DNA of 61,167 nt, filler included, from Squatina squatina (lineage: Eukaryota), in NCBI GenBank assembly GCA_031763465.1. It is 4 parts of 4 records of this genome, joined end to end, with 100 filler letters (N's around TTAATTAATTAA, not from the genome) between each part and the next. Parts side by side here need not be neighbours in the genome. Positions count along the whole stretch, not along the records: positions 1 to 13,832 come from JARFOE010000001.1; positions 13,933 to 32,481 come from JARFOE010000163.1; 2 more parts are not named here. The stretch is one strand, 5' to 3'. The position numbers and the translations under genes were made by a program. This document shows, one piece after another, positions 11,284 through 21,936 of this stretch. Numbering within the stretch: position 1 is the first letter of the stretch; the number at the start of each line of letters is the position of its first letter. Below the pieces are notes generated by a model. It saw nothing but the letters and a program-made list of their open reading frames with translations. It had not been told where the DNA came from and did no database searches.

Positions 11284-11471
11284 CTCCACGATGTCTGAGG
11301 CTGACACCTCAGTGGCAATCTCCCTCCAAGTGCGTCTGACCATCCTGATAGTGCCCCTTCTGGCAGCAGGCGAGAACAGCCTGCCCACCCTCCTGTCCAC
11401 TGCAGCCATCAAACTTAGTAGGGCAGGATTGGAAAATTTGGGGCCCTCGACCTCTGGGACTCAGCTGCCAT
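11284..11471 (-). mobile_element. PIF/Harbinger-type Myb/SANT-like DNA-binding ORF relic in centrin intron 4
   Basis: MAAESQRSRAP/(frameshift)FSNPALLSLMAAVDRRVGRLF...RRTWREIATEVSASDIVE fits the Myb/SANT pattern RAP.F....L..L...V......LF...W.EIA..V.A. Confidence 0.72.
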
Positions 11472-13110
11472 AATTGTGCAGAACAAAATCAGCATTTGTT
11501 CAAAGTACAGCTCTGCAACCAGCAGCACTGTTGCAAATGAATGACCTTTAAGGGCTGAGTTGGCCTGACACATGATTGCAGCTGCTTAGATTGGTTGGTT
11601 AATTGGGACGCTGAAACCAGTATAGCTCAATTAACACCGATCAGGCACCAATTGGCGCTGACTTTTAGACCATTTTCTAGGCTGCCCAAAAAAAATTTTC
11701 AAAGAGCCCAACGAGCGCAAAAAACATGCCCTTTCATCATTAACGTTTCAGACGCAGGGCAGACCAATTGAGAGCCCATTATCTTTTTCTTTTCTGTCTC
11801 TTTTTTTCTCTTAATCCAATCGTTCTTCCCTTCTCTTTATTTCCCTTTCTGTACCTGATTTGACTCTAATTTACCCTATTCCTTTCTTCGACATTCCTCT
11901 GTTTCTTTTTCTATCTTTATACCTCATTGTTTGTTGAGATATTGGTCCCGTCGTTCACCAAGCTCCCAGATGCCCCATTGCCCTCGCAGCTGCTGTCAGC
12001 TCATATCCCCAGCACCTTACGGAGCAAATAATGATCAAGCTGAAGGTGAGTGAAATAATCTACCCCGCTCCAGGAAACTGTTGGCCGTTATTGAAAGTGT
12101 TTTATGGAAATGTTAAACTCTCTTTAGAAATTTGAACAATTATATACAAAATAAACCTTTAATGAACATTAATCAACATTTAAATAAAGGTTCAGGGGGT
12201 GAAATTCGATAGTGCCCCATCTGGGGNNNNNNNNNNNNNNNNNNNNNNNNNNNNNNNNNNNNNNNNNNNNNNNNNNNNNNNNNNNNNNNNNNNNNNNNNN
12301 NNNNNNNNNNNNNNNNNNNNNNNNNNTCCCAGGTCAGTGCTCGGAAACCACTTTTCTAAATCTTTTGAGGAGGAATAAATGCATGAAAGTTAAGAGTATT
12401 CATTCTCCTTCACCGCCACCCCCCTCCAACCCATCTCATAAAACTGCTCCCCCTTGCAATCCTCCCAGAATTCAAAGCTTCCTCACCCATCATCGCCGAA
12501 CCTTTCATTCTCTTCCCCTATGTTCGCACTGCATGATCACCCCACCCCCTAGTTCCACATATCTCAATCCCACTACCAATGGTTCCCCACACCACTCATC
12601 AATACTTCCAAAGACCAGTACTCCATCTGCTCATAAATTTTACCATCCACCTTACATTGCTCCCAGACATCTGATATACTACTCCCAGTTCTCCCTGTCC
12701 CTGCAATTCCCTTCCATTACCTGAGACTTCCCTCTCAGTATTCCCATTCCCACCAAACCCCTTCTCCAGTTCTCCTAGTGCCCACCATTGTCATTCCAGT
12801 GCTTCCACACCCAAAACCACTCTCCTGCTGTTATTATACCAGAGTACCCCTGCTACACCTATCGACCTACCTACAACTTGGAGCATCTTCCTGTGTTCTT
12901 GGATTTTCTTTTTAAAATAAGACATAAAGCAAGATCTGGTCCATCGCATTACCTTACATAAAGCAAAATATCCTCACACTCACTGTTAGCAAAGCCACTC
13001 TTGATTGTGTGCTAGTATGTGTGTGTATGGGTTTACAGTTTCATGATCCTATAGCAAGAAATGTCACTTCAAGTAATGTGTTTAAAGATTTTTTTTCCAT
13101 TCATAAACAG

Positions 13111-13200
13111 GAAATGATTGATGAAGCTGACCGTGATGGTGATGGTGAGATAAATGAACAAGAATTTTTACGGATCATGAAAAAAACAAGCCTCTATTAA
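13111..13200 (+). CDS. CETN4: Centrin last exon (EF-hand 4)
   Basis: ataaacag|[32 protein letters not shown]; the canonical KKTSLY C-terminus. Confidence 0.96.
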   Translation, partial: EMIDEADRDGDGEINEQEFLRIMKKTSLY

Positions 13201-13260
13201 TTTCTGATATTGCCGTACAGTTCCAAAATAGAACTAGTTGTGACTTGTTTTTATTTAAGT

Positions 13261-13328
13261 AATAAAGAATGAAGAAAAGCTGTCGAGTTTTGATGTATTT
13301 GAATTCAGTATCATTTATTTAAAATAAA
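13261..13328 (+). promoter_or_regulatory. Candidate centrin polyadenylation signals
   Basis: AATAAA at 13261-13266 and 13323-13328, shortly after the stop codon. Confidence 0.55.
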
Positions 13329-13832
13329 CCCAGAAAATACAAATTCAAGCAATTGATACACATTATCCTTCATTACTATCAATAGTTTACTCATTTCCAT
13401 GGGAGAGATTTATAAATTATATTTCTGCCCATCCTTGAACTCCCCGTTGCCCCTAGGAGAGGTGTAATTCAGTTTCTATAGTATTCTAGCCACTCATGTT
13501 CTCAAGTAGCAGTTAATAGTGACTTTACAGTAACATTCCCAATTATTACATTCCAGTTTCTGTTTATAGAGTATGTGGCCTTGAAGCGCCACAAAAGAAT
13601 AGTCCCAGTAAAGATGATGACACAATTAGGATTTATTGCAGTATGCAGTCAGCTGGTACAGTATTTAAAAAAAAATACAAAATACATGTGTTACAGTCTG
13701 ATAAAACTGTGATGCTTTTATGTCAAACAGTAAATTGAAATGTTTGTGAATATTTGAAATGATTTTTTCCAGTGGTGCTGTTCACTCAAGCTTGTCTTTT
13801 TTTCTTAAATTTTTATTGTACTCCGTCTGTGG

Positions 13833-13932
13833 NNNNNNNNNNNNNNNNNNNNNNNNNNNNNNNNNNNNNNNNNNNNTTAATTAATTAANNNNNNNNNNNN
13901 NNNNNNNNNNNNNNNNNNNNNNNNNNNNNNNN
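13833..13932. other. Artificial concatenation linker
   Basis: 44N + TTAATTAATTAA (stops in all six frames) + 44N. Confidence 0.95.
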
Positions 13933-14065
13933 ACATGGCTTCGGGTGGGTGGAGCGTATATGTTGTGATACATAAGGTATCGCAATCGTGTGGGACAGGT
14001 TCGATGGACCAGATGGTCTTTACCTGCCTGTCATTGTTCGTATGTTCGTTCGTCTGTTCATATGC
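13933..14065 (+). mobile_element. LINE (CR1-like) 3' end with short tandem tail
   Basis: GGGACAGGTTCGATGGACCAGATGGTCTTTACCTG followed by (ATGTTCGT)-like repeats. Confidence 0.55.
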
Positions 14066-15014
14066 ATTTGATTCACTGCGTGGCAAATTTTGCAAAAAAG
14101 TTTTGGGAAATGTATTCTTCAGCGCCTAAGCTCACTCTAGTTGGACTCCCTGAAGGTACCAGCAGGAACTGTACACTAGCATGAGTCGGCACCTTTAGGC
14201 GAGGAGGGGAGAAAACTGAAGCGGAGAAGGGTTATTTCCCTGGCATTTTGGATTTCTGTTTTCGATGAGGAATTGTAACATGTTTCAAGTCAGAACTGAA
14301 CTGATCAGAGTTGGGATTCTCATGTGTTTTTGTTGATTCTAGGCAGGATCTTGGTTCTGAAACAGAAGCTTCCAGGATGCCAGAGAGGATTAAATCACTC
14401 ATTTGTGCTTTTCTCATTTACAATAGGACAGTAGAATAATTACTGTGCCTGTGCTATCATTCTTGATTTGACTAGGCTGCTAGAAGTCAGGTTTTTCAAG
14501 GAGACATAATTTCTAAGAGCACATCAAGGCTTCCACGCACACTGATATCTTCAGTTAAATACTATTCCCAGAGAGGTATTGGCATATTTATAACTTGGTC
14601 CCTCTGTGCTCTGTGCAATATACTCTGCCTCAAGGGCATATATTCCCATTTCTGCTGTTTTGTATGTGTGTCTTATCATGTGTATTGGCTGGTAAGTCAA
14701 TTAGACAATGTATGTCAGACCACAGTGTTGAATGTTAATTCTCCACATTCAGCTCCCAAGAGTAGAAATTTTAAAATACTTTTCCATGCAGACCAGAAGA
14801 TCTCAAATCCAATCCCTAGCCCCAAGTAGCAGTTGGATGTTCCAATGGTTCTAAGATCTCCTGGACTAGGGAGAGCAAAACTCAACAACAACCTACATTA
14901 ATATAGCGGTTTTAATGTAGGAAAGACACTTGAGTGGAATAAGACAGAAGTTGACACCGAACCAAAGTGGGTATTAGCAGGGGAGACCAAAAGCTTGGTG
15001 TTAGAGAAAATATA

Positions 15015-15165
15015 GACATAGAACATAGAAAATAGGTGCAGGAGTAGGCCATTCGGCCCTTCGAGCCTGCACTGCCATTCAACACGACCATGGCTGATCA
15101 GTACCCCGTACCTGCTTTCTCTCCATACCCCCTGATCCCTTTAGTCGTAAGGGCCACATCTAACT
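15015..15165 (-). mobile_element. CR1/HER1-type LINE 3' end
   Basis: ACATAGAAAATAGGTGCAGGAGTAGGCCATTCGGCCCTTCGAGCCTG, the antisense of the shark CR1 3' UTR and tail. Confidence 0.8.
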
Positions 15166-15994
15166 NNNNNNNNNNNNNNNNNNNNNNNNNNNNNNNNNNN
15201 NNNNNNNNNNNNNNNNNNNNNNNNNNNNNNNNNNNNNNNNNNNNNNNNNNNNNNNNNNNNNNNNNGCTACTATGTTGCTTCCTTTGAAAAATAAAGCAAT
15301 TTCAAGCAAAATAAAAGTTGCGCATTGCAAAAATGCAATGATAGAACTCTGCTTGAGAGTAAGTGGGAACTGCTAGGTAGGGAGAACAGGGGACTTCTCA
15401 AATTATATGCTGCATTCAAAAACCGATTAAATAATGGCCACACTTTACTTACCACCTCGACTGGAGAAGCATTTCCCTTTCATGGTAGGTTTTACTTGAA
15501 ACTGTTGTTTTTATTCCTTTTCTGGTTTAATTTGAAACTCTTAAATAGCACACAAGGTATTTCATTAATTTTAACTCTTCTGAAAGCTGCAGATCAATCG
15601 GCTTTACCGTGATAGCCCCTGAATAAATGGTCTGGTTTAAGAAATCAATTTAGTAACTTTGTACCTTCAGAAAGCAGAACTATTAAAATGTATTTGATCT
15701 TCAGATTTTGTAGAACTTAATCAGCCTTTTCAGATTAAACTGTGAATTTATTGACCTTTTGAGAGCTGGTTGCTTTTGTATCTCTCAGCTTTAGTCATTA
15801 ACCCATTCAGGCCTAACCTGGCTGTCTTTTACCTCCTCAGCTCCAAGCGCACGGTCCTGCCCGTTCTTCCTCCTCCCTGTATTCTCACAGTATTGAAATG
15901 GAGGTTGACTGCATTATCCTATTCTCACTCACTTTTCCCCAGAACCTCAAAACAGCGGAGCTCTTTATCCTGCTCCATCCTTGCTGCTGGTCAG

Positions 15995-16171
15995 CCAGTG
16001 GCTCAGTGGGTTGTTTCGCCGTCAGCAGGTTATGAGTTCAAATCCCACTCCAGAGACTAGAGAAATGCTCAAGTGCAGAACTGAAAGAGTGCTGCACTGT
16101 CAGAGGTGCCATCTTTTGGATGAGATGTTAAACCAAGAGTCTGGTCTCTCAGGTGGCCGTAAATATATCCT
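15995..16171 (+). mobile_element. tRNA-derived Deu-domain SINE (SacSINE1-like)
   Basis: A-box-like GTGGCTCAGTGG, B-box-like GTTCAAATCC, then the Deu core GTGCTGCACTGTCAGAGGTGCCATCTTTTGGATGAGATGTTAAACC; cut at 16172 by a CR1 3' end. Confidence 0.8.
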
Positions 16172-16316
16172 ATAGAAACATAGAAAATAGGTGCAGGAGT
16201 AGGCCATTCAGCCCTTCGAGCCTGCTCCCCCATTCAACTCGATCATGGCTGATCTTTCAACTCTGTACCCCGTACCTGCTTTCTCTCCATACCCCCTGAT
16301 CCCCCTTGCCGTAAGG
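16172..16316 (-). mobile_element. CR1/HER1-type LINE 3' end inserted into the SINE
   Basis: Highly similar to 15015-15165. Confidence 0.8.
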
Positions 16317-16600
16317 NNNNNNNNNNNNNNNNNNNNNNNNNNNNNNNNNNNNNNNNNNNNNNNNNNNNNNNNNNNNNNNNNNNNNNNNNNNNNNNNNNNN
16401 NNNNNNNNNNNNNNNNTGTTTATTTTCATTTTAACTAAAATAGTTTAAAGAATAACATTGGACAGAGTGTCCCTCAAAATATCAGAGGTTATTTTGCAAT
16501 TATGTCATTCCAATCACCACAAACAAAGCGAGCCTCCCAGTTTAAGGCAGTGAATCAGTTCTCCTAAGGGATTCATGGCACATCATTACATTTTGTTTTA

Positions 16601-16674
16601 TTATTGCAAGCTGTATTCACAAACAAATGGTAGGTTATATCTACATCGTCTATCATGCCAGTTGCCTCCAGCAT
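16601..16674 (-). CDS. C-type lectin domain protein, terminal exon
   Basis: tttcttttccag|(D)AGGNWHDRRCRYNLPFVCEYSLQ-TAA fits the CTLD end motif G.W.D..C...LPFVC; phase-1 acceptor; AATAAA overlaps the stop. Confidence 0.85.
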
Positions 16675-17464
16675 CTGGAAAAGAAAAAGTGATAGTTGAG
16701 ATACAATAATCTCTCTGATAATTGTTCGTGACCAGTGAGTCAGACTGCTGTGTGTGAAACCTTTGATTTGTTTTCTCTTTCAATATAAATATTTGTTTCA
16801 TATTGTGCACATTAATTTAGATTTTACATTTAGATTTAAGATTGCTATTTTCCTGCAGTTGCCAGAAGGGGTTCCCCAACCTTGCTAAACATCTCCCTTC
16901 ATCAGGACAAACCTAATACTGTTGGAGGCAAGTCCAAGATTTAAAGGACAGTTTCTAGCTGTGAGGTCAAAACTTGCTAAAACTACTTGGAATGTAATAC
17001 TATTGAGGTATTTTCAGCGAAGAATATATTGTAATTTTGGCCAAGTTGCTGTGTTGGAAGTTTGAGCCTCAAACTGACAATAGTTATCTTCAAATGTGAA
17101 AAATAAATGAACAGGCAGGATTGCTGAAATTTCCAGGCACCAGCCCCATGCTACTCACTGTTGCTCCAGTTTAGTAAATGGTTTTGAAGCAGTCACAGCA
17201 CAGCAGGGTTAGTCATAGTTTAGCAATTATCATGCAGGAAATGAGCCTCTTGACCCCCATAACAGGCAAACTCATTGGCAAACGGATGTTAGCAACTGTA
17301 ACTTAAAGCCACAACAGAAAGATAGACCAGAAAGCTGTGTTTCAGGTATTGGGAGGAGGGCTGATATAGGTACAGTTAGTGGGCAAGAGAGTTGTACAAC
17401 TTGCTCTGACTTATTTCCCAACTCTCAATTCAAATACTAGAAAGCAAATGTGGAGGAAATTCCG

Positions 17465-17935
17465 TCTTCTTGGGCAGTCCCTCGGGGTCGAGGATGACTT
17501 GCTTCCTCTCAGGAGTTGTGGGTTGAGGTGACTGAACAGTCCTATCCGGGATCCACAAACTCTACCACAGGTGGGGTAGGTGGTGTTTGATGGGGCGAGT
17601 AGATGGCGTGTTCGTGTTTCTGCACGCTCCTTCCGCTTGGCCTCCACGTGCTCCTGCCGGGGAAGCGCGAAGTGTGATTGGCGCCTTCGCGGATGCTTCT
17701 CCAGTTCGGGCAGTATTGGGCCATAGATTCCCATGAGTCAGTGGGGACGCTATATTTTTTCAGGGAGGCTTTGAGGACGTTCTTGAAGCGCTTCCTCTGC
17801 CCTCCTGGTAATCGCTTGCCGTGACAAAGCTCGGAATAGAGTGTTTGTTTCGGGAGTCTTGAGTCGGGCATGCAGACAATATGGCCCACCCATTACAGCT
17901 GGTTGAGCGTGACCAGTACCTCGATGCTGGGACAG
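17465..17935 (-). mobile_element. RTE-clade LINE 3' end
   Basis: GHIVCMPDSRLPKQTLYSELCHGKRLPGGQRKRFKNVLKASLK...WESMAQ matches the RTE ORF C-terminus, followed by a CPTCGRVC..RIGLFSH zinc-knuckle-like tail. Confidence 0.9.
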
Positions 17936-18289
17936 TGTATTTACTAACGTAATGATCAAGACAGTATGCAATAGCATAGTTACCATGTGTTAACCCTTAA
18001 AAGTACTAGTCCCTTCTTCTGTTGTATTAGTCTTAAGTACAGTCTACTTAAACACCAGTCTAAAGGGCGGGGGGCTATGAAAACATCAGAGAAGGTGGAA
18101 AAAGATAGAGGTCAGGAAAGGCAGGTGGAAAGTTGCATTCATGTTCGGACAATGGACAATCTTAACTAAGAGACACATGTGCATACTGAGAGACAGAGGC
18201 TGAAAGAAGTCCCTGAGATGTCAAAGAAAGCCTGTGCAAACATTTCTTGGCTCTGCATATGAAGGACAAGTAAATTTAAAGTACCTGGA

Positions 18290-18670
18290 GCAAGCAGTGG
18301 TAGCACTACCACTGTCCGAAAGGGACAGATTAGGGACATCCATATGGCCCTATGGACCATCAGTAGCAGAATTGTATACTACCACAATCTGTAACCTTAT
18401 GGTCTGACACATCCCTCACTCCTCTATCAACATCTTGCCAGGAGATCAATCCTGGTTCAATGGAGAGTGTGGAAGAGTGTACCAGAAGCAGCATCAGGTA
18501 CAGCTTATAAGGAGGCACAAATTAAGTGAAGCTACAGCACAGGGCTACTAGTATGCTAAACACCAAAAGCAGCAGACAGAGCTAAGCAGTCCCACAACTA
18601 ATGGATAACAGCAAAACTCTAGCTCTACTACACCCAGTTGAGAATGGTGATGGTCAATCAAGCAACAAAC
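18290..18670 (+). mobile_element. Non-LTR retrotransposon ORF2 fragment
   Basis: PSVAELYTTTICNLM...HIPHSSINILPGDQSWFNGECGR: the PWF-type linker between endonuclease and RT; decayed. Confidence 0.65.
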
Positions 18671-19410
18671 AACATTAACAATAACTTGCACTTTTATAGC
18701 ACTTTACATGTAACAAAATGTCCCAAGGCTTTACAGAATAGTCTCTAAGCATATTGGCTGTCTTGGCACCAGTACAATATAAGGGAAGTTACACTTTAAT
18801 GGTATCCAATATCCTAAATTCATCACCTCAAATGGCTCCCACCATGACTATCAGAGCTGTAACCACGAGTACTTCCTCCTGCTATTATACAACTTGAAAT
18901 GCTCTCACCAGACACAACAAAAGTCTGGTCGGACAATTTGTATAATTGTACTGCTGGATCTTTTGCAATTCAAGTAGGCACTGTATCAACATTTCACACA
19001 TTCACAATTCCATTTTGCTTAAGTCCTTAGTGACAGCACTGTATTCAAAGATTAAATAAAGTAGAATTTTATGATTGATGCTAAAATTGAAATCTAATCT
19101 AGTAAGCAGGATGATTTTGTAATTTATACCATTAAACACTTTTAAAATCTCCAATAATTAAAACCAAATATTCACTTCATTCATGAAAAACAGTAATGCC
19201 ATTCTACTTTCCTCATCCACTGTGTTCATTGAAGTGGAGATTGCCTGCAGGGAGTCTGGAGGCAGCCCATTCAAAAACTAAAGGAATTGAAAGATCCAAA
19301 TCTCAATCCTGGGTTTGAGGTGAGTAAACTGATCTGAACCATAGACATGCTACAATTTGGCTCAGCAACCCTGAGTTAGGATTGAAAAAGAGTCAGCTAG
19401 GGTGCCTGCA

Positions 19411-19510
19411 ATAAAACAGAAAATGCTGGAAATACTCAGCAGGCCAGGCAGCATCTGTGGAGCGAGAAACCGAGTTGATGTTTCAGGGTCGACGACCTTT
19501 TGTCAGAAAG
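19411..19510 (-). mobile_element. Penelope-associated short repeat with degenerate hammerhead-like core
   Basis: AAAACAGAAAATGCTGGAAATACTCAGCAGG..GCAGCATCTGTGGAG; the minus strand reads CTGACAA-AAGGTC-GTC-GACCCT-GAAA-C. A second copy lies at 46761-46887. Confidence 0.7.
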
Positions 19511-21436
19511 TCTGAGGATATGGTGGTCTGAGCCAGCTTTTGGTCTGAGGATATTGTGGACTGTGAGCACAGTCCAGTCTGGCTAAGCTCAATCACTTTT
19601 AAAGCTGGTGTGAATGTGTTGCTGAATCTGTGGGGCTTCTAAAGGGCTCATCCAGCATTAGGCAGTAAATGGTCACACCAGCAGCCAGTCAGTGTCGGAC
19701 CCAGGCTCTTCATTCAGTGGTCTGTGTATTTCATGAAAGGTTTTCTTGATTCTGTTCATAACCATTTCAGTATTAATGAATAGTTTGGTGCATAACCCGA
19801 GTAAAAGCTGCCATCTATAAATGTGGGGAAAACCACTGAATCGACCACTCTTGCCTTAACCTACAGTGAGTGCAAGAGCTGTAGTCAGTCCACTACCTCA
19901 CCAGACCGACAGCAGGCATACTCCTGTATATAGACTTTTCATGGTCTCAGAATTTATTTTTTGATATAAACTCTGAATTCTGTTATCCTAAAAATCACAC
20001 TTTCAATTTTACTAGAGGACATTTTGATGTGTGTTCTTGATTTATAAATGTAGCTTTATTGATTAAAATATTTTTTTATATGTATAAAAACTATTAAATG
20101 TTAAGCAGAATTGGTGTTTCAGGTGAATTTCAGACTATTTTCGGTGTAACATTTACTGTACTGCGGAGGGTCCCTACTGTGTGACTGTGGCATCATCCTT
20201 CCAAAAATCGGCACAATATCCTCTTACATAGGCTGGCACTAGCTGACTGTATTAAAATGAGTTTGGTGCAGTAAATATTTTCGTTAAGGGAAATCCATGT
20301 GCCCCAGCTCCAGTGTGCAGTCCTCCCAACCCCCTCAGAGNNNNNNNNNNNNNNNNNNNNNNNNNNNNNNNNNNNNNNNNNNNNNNNNNNNNNNNNNNNN
20401 NNNNNNNNNNNNNNNNNNNNNNNNNNNNNNNNNNNNNNNNCATGTTTGTACTGCTGAGATGTGAGGATCAATGAATATTAAGATGTTTGCTTTATTACCT
20501 TGGGAATCAAGGAGTATCCGTGGCAGATTCTCCCTGAAGAACATTAAATCGATGGAACACGTTCGCTACATTATATGTGGTTGTAGAATATGTGGTCCGG
20601 GTATTTCTTGTTCTATATTTTACTTTGTTCTTATAAAGGGAGGCTGCTTTAATCGACTGTGTGCTTTGTTGAATTACGGCTTCCTGAACTGTACTTCTTT
20701 ATCTCACTCTCTCACAATCTTTTGTGTCTTTCTATATTTTATCTCCACCACTATGGTCGTGACCTTTACAGAAGTTAATTTGTAAAATGATGCTACAGCA
20801 AGTTAGGCATGTATTTGTGTACAAACTCAAGGTATATAAATTACACTGTCGATTGATTCATATTTTCTCACTGACAAGCTAGCCAATTAAAAATTATATC
20901 TGCATATCTGAAGCATTAAAGCTTCATTCATGGAAATGCAAATTCATTTTCTTTTCAATTCCGTGCAGTATATCATATTTATGAGCCATTTCTGATGTCT
21001 GCTATTATTATATGGTATATGTGAGAAATATAATTATTAATATTCTCTACAAACCAATTAAGCTTAATATATCACTATTACGTTATTTATGATGTTGCTC
21101 TGTTTTATAACCATCCTNNNNNNNNNNNNNNNNNNNNNNNNNNNNNNNNNNNNNNNNNNNNNNNNNNNNNNNNNNNNNNNNNNNNNNNNNNNNNNNNNNN
21201 NNNNNNNNNNNNNNNNNNNNNNNNNNNNNNNNNNNNNNNNNNNNNNNNNNNNNNNNNNNNNNNNNNNNNNNNNNNNNNNNNNNNNNNNNNNNNNNNNNNN
21301 NNNNNNNNNNNNNNNNNNNNNNNNNNNNNNNNNNNNNNNNNNNNNNNNNNNNNNNNNNNNNNNNNNNNNNNNNNNNNNNNNNNNNNNNNNNNNNNNNNNN
21401 NNNNNNNNNNNNNNNNNNNNNNNNNNNNNNNNNNNC

Positions 21437-21936
21437 TGCAGTGTTGCAGGAGCTCTTCCCTCAATTAAAGGGAAGGGCTCCCCACTGCGATCTTCACAGC
21501 ATCTGCTGCAGCACCGGAAACAGGAAGTGACTTAGCCCATGACTGGTGCGAGGATCCTGCACCAATGAAAAAAAAATCGGCTTTTTTTCTTGGCCAGCCA
21601 CCCACCGCACATTTAAATAGTGCCCGTAAAGTGGCCGGCCTCCGTGTTCGCGGCCCCAGCAGCAGTTGCTGGCATCGGCCTGCGCTACTGCGGGGCGCGA
21701 GGGGGCAATTTCACTGCTGGGTCACTCAGGGGGCTCTGCACACAGTAATCACCGTGCGCCGATGAGCTCTGCACTACCGGCGGGAGCAGGGTGCTGCTTA
21801 TCAGCGCTGCCGCTCGCCCCTGGCGGCATCCCTCGTAAGCCATCGGGAATGCCGCTGCCCGCCGCAAACACTTTACTGCCCAGCTAGCTCCTCCCAACGG
21901 CGCAAACTGGGTGAGCCTGAAAGGAGAATTTCACCC
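21437..21936. mobile_element. GC-rich non-autonomous Harbinger-like element (right end)
   Basis: CpG-rich block ending GGAGAATTTCACCC (reverse complement GGGTGAAATTCTCC), matching the left terminus GGGGGTGAAATTC at 12195. Confidence 0.6.

Noticed and set aside
12327-12880. 170-aa Pro/Ser/His-rich ORF in centrin intron 4
   Set aside because: C/T-skewed low-complexity DNA; the ORF start lies across a gap, and there is no recognisable domain or splice support.
13877-13888. TTAATTAATTAA palindromic repeat occurring three times
   Set aside because: Always centred in exactly 44+44 Ns; a synthetic six-frame-stop linker, not biology.
15995-16060. tRNA-like A and B boxes
   Set aside because: Head of a Deu-domain SINE; no complete cloverleaf.
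20490-20770. Possible exon ending CAAG|GTAATA upstream of the lectin exon
   Set aside because: All three frames contain stops and there are no CTLD or signal-peptide features.
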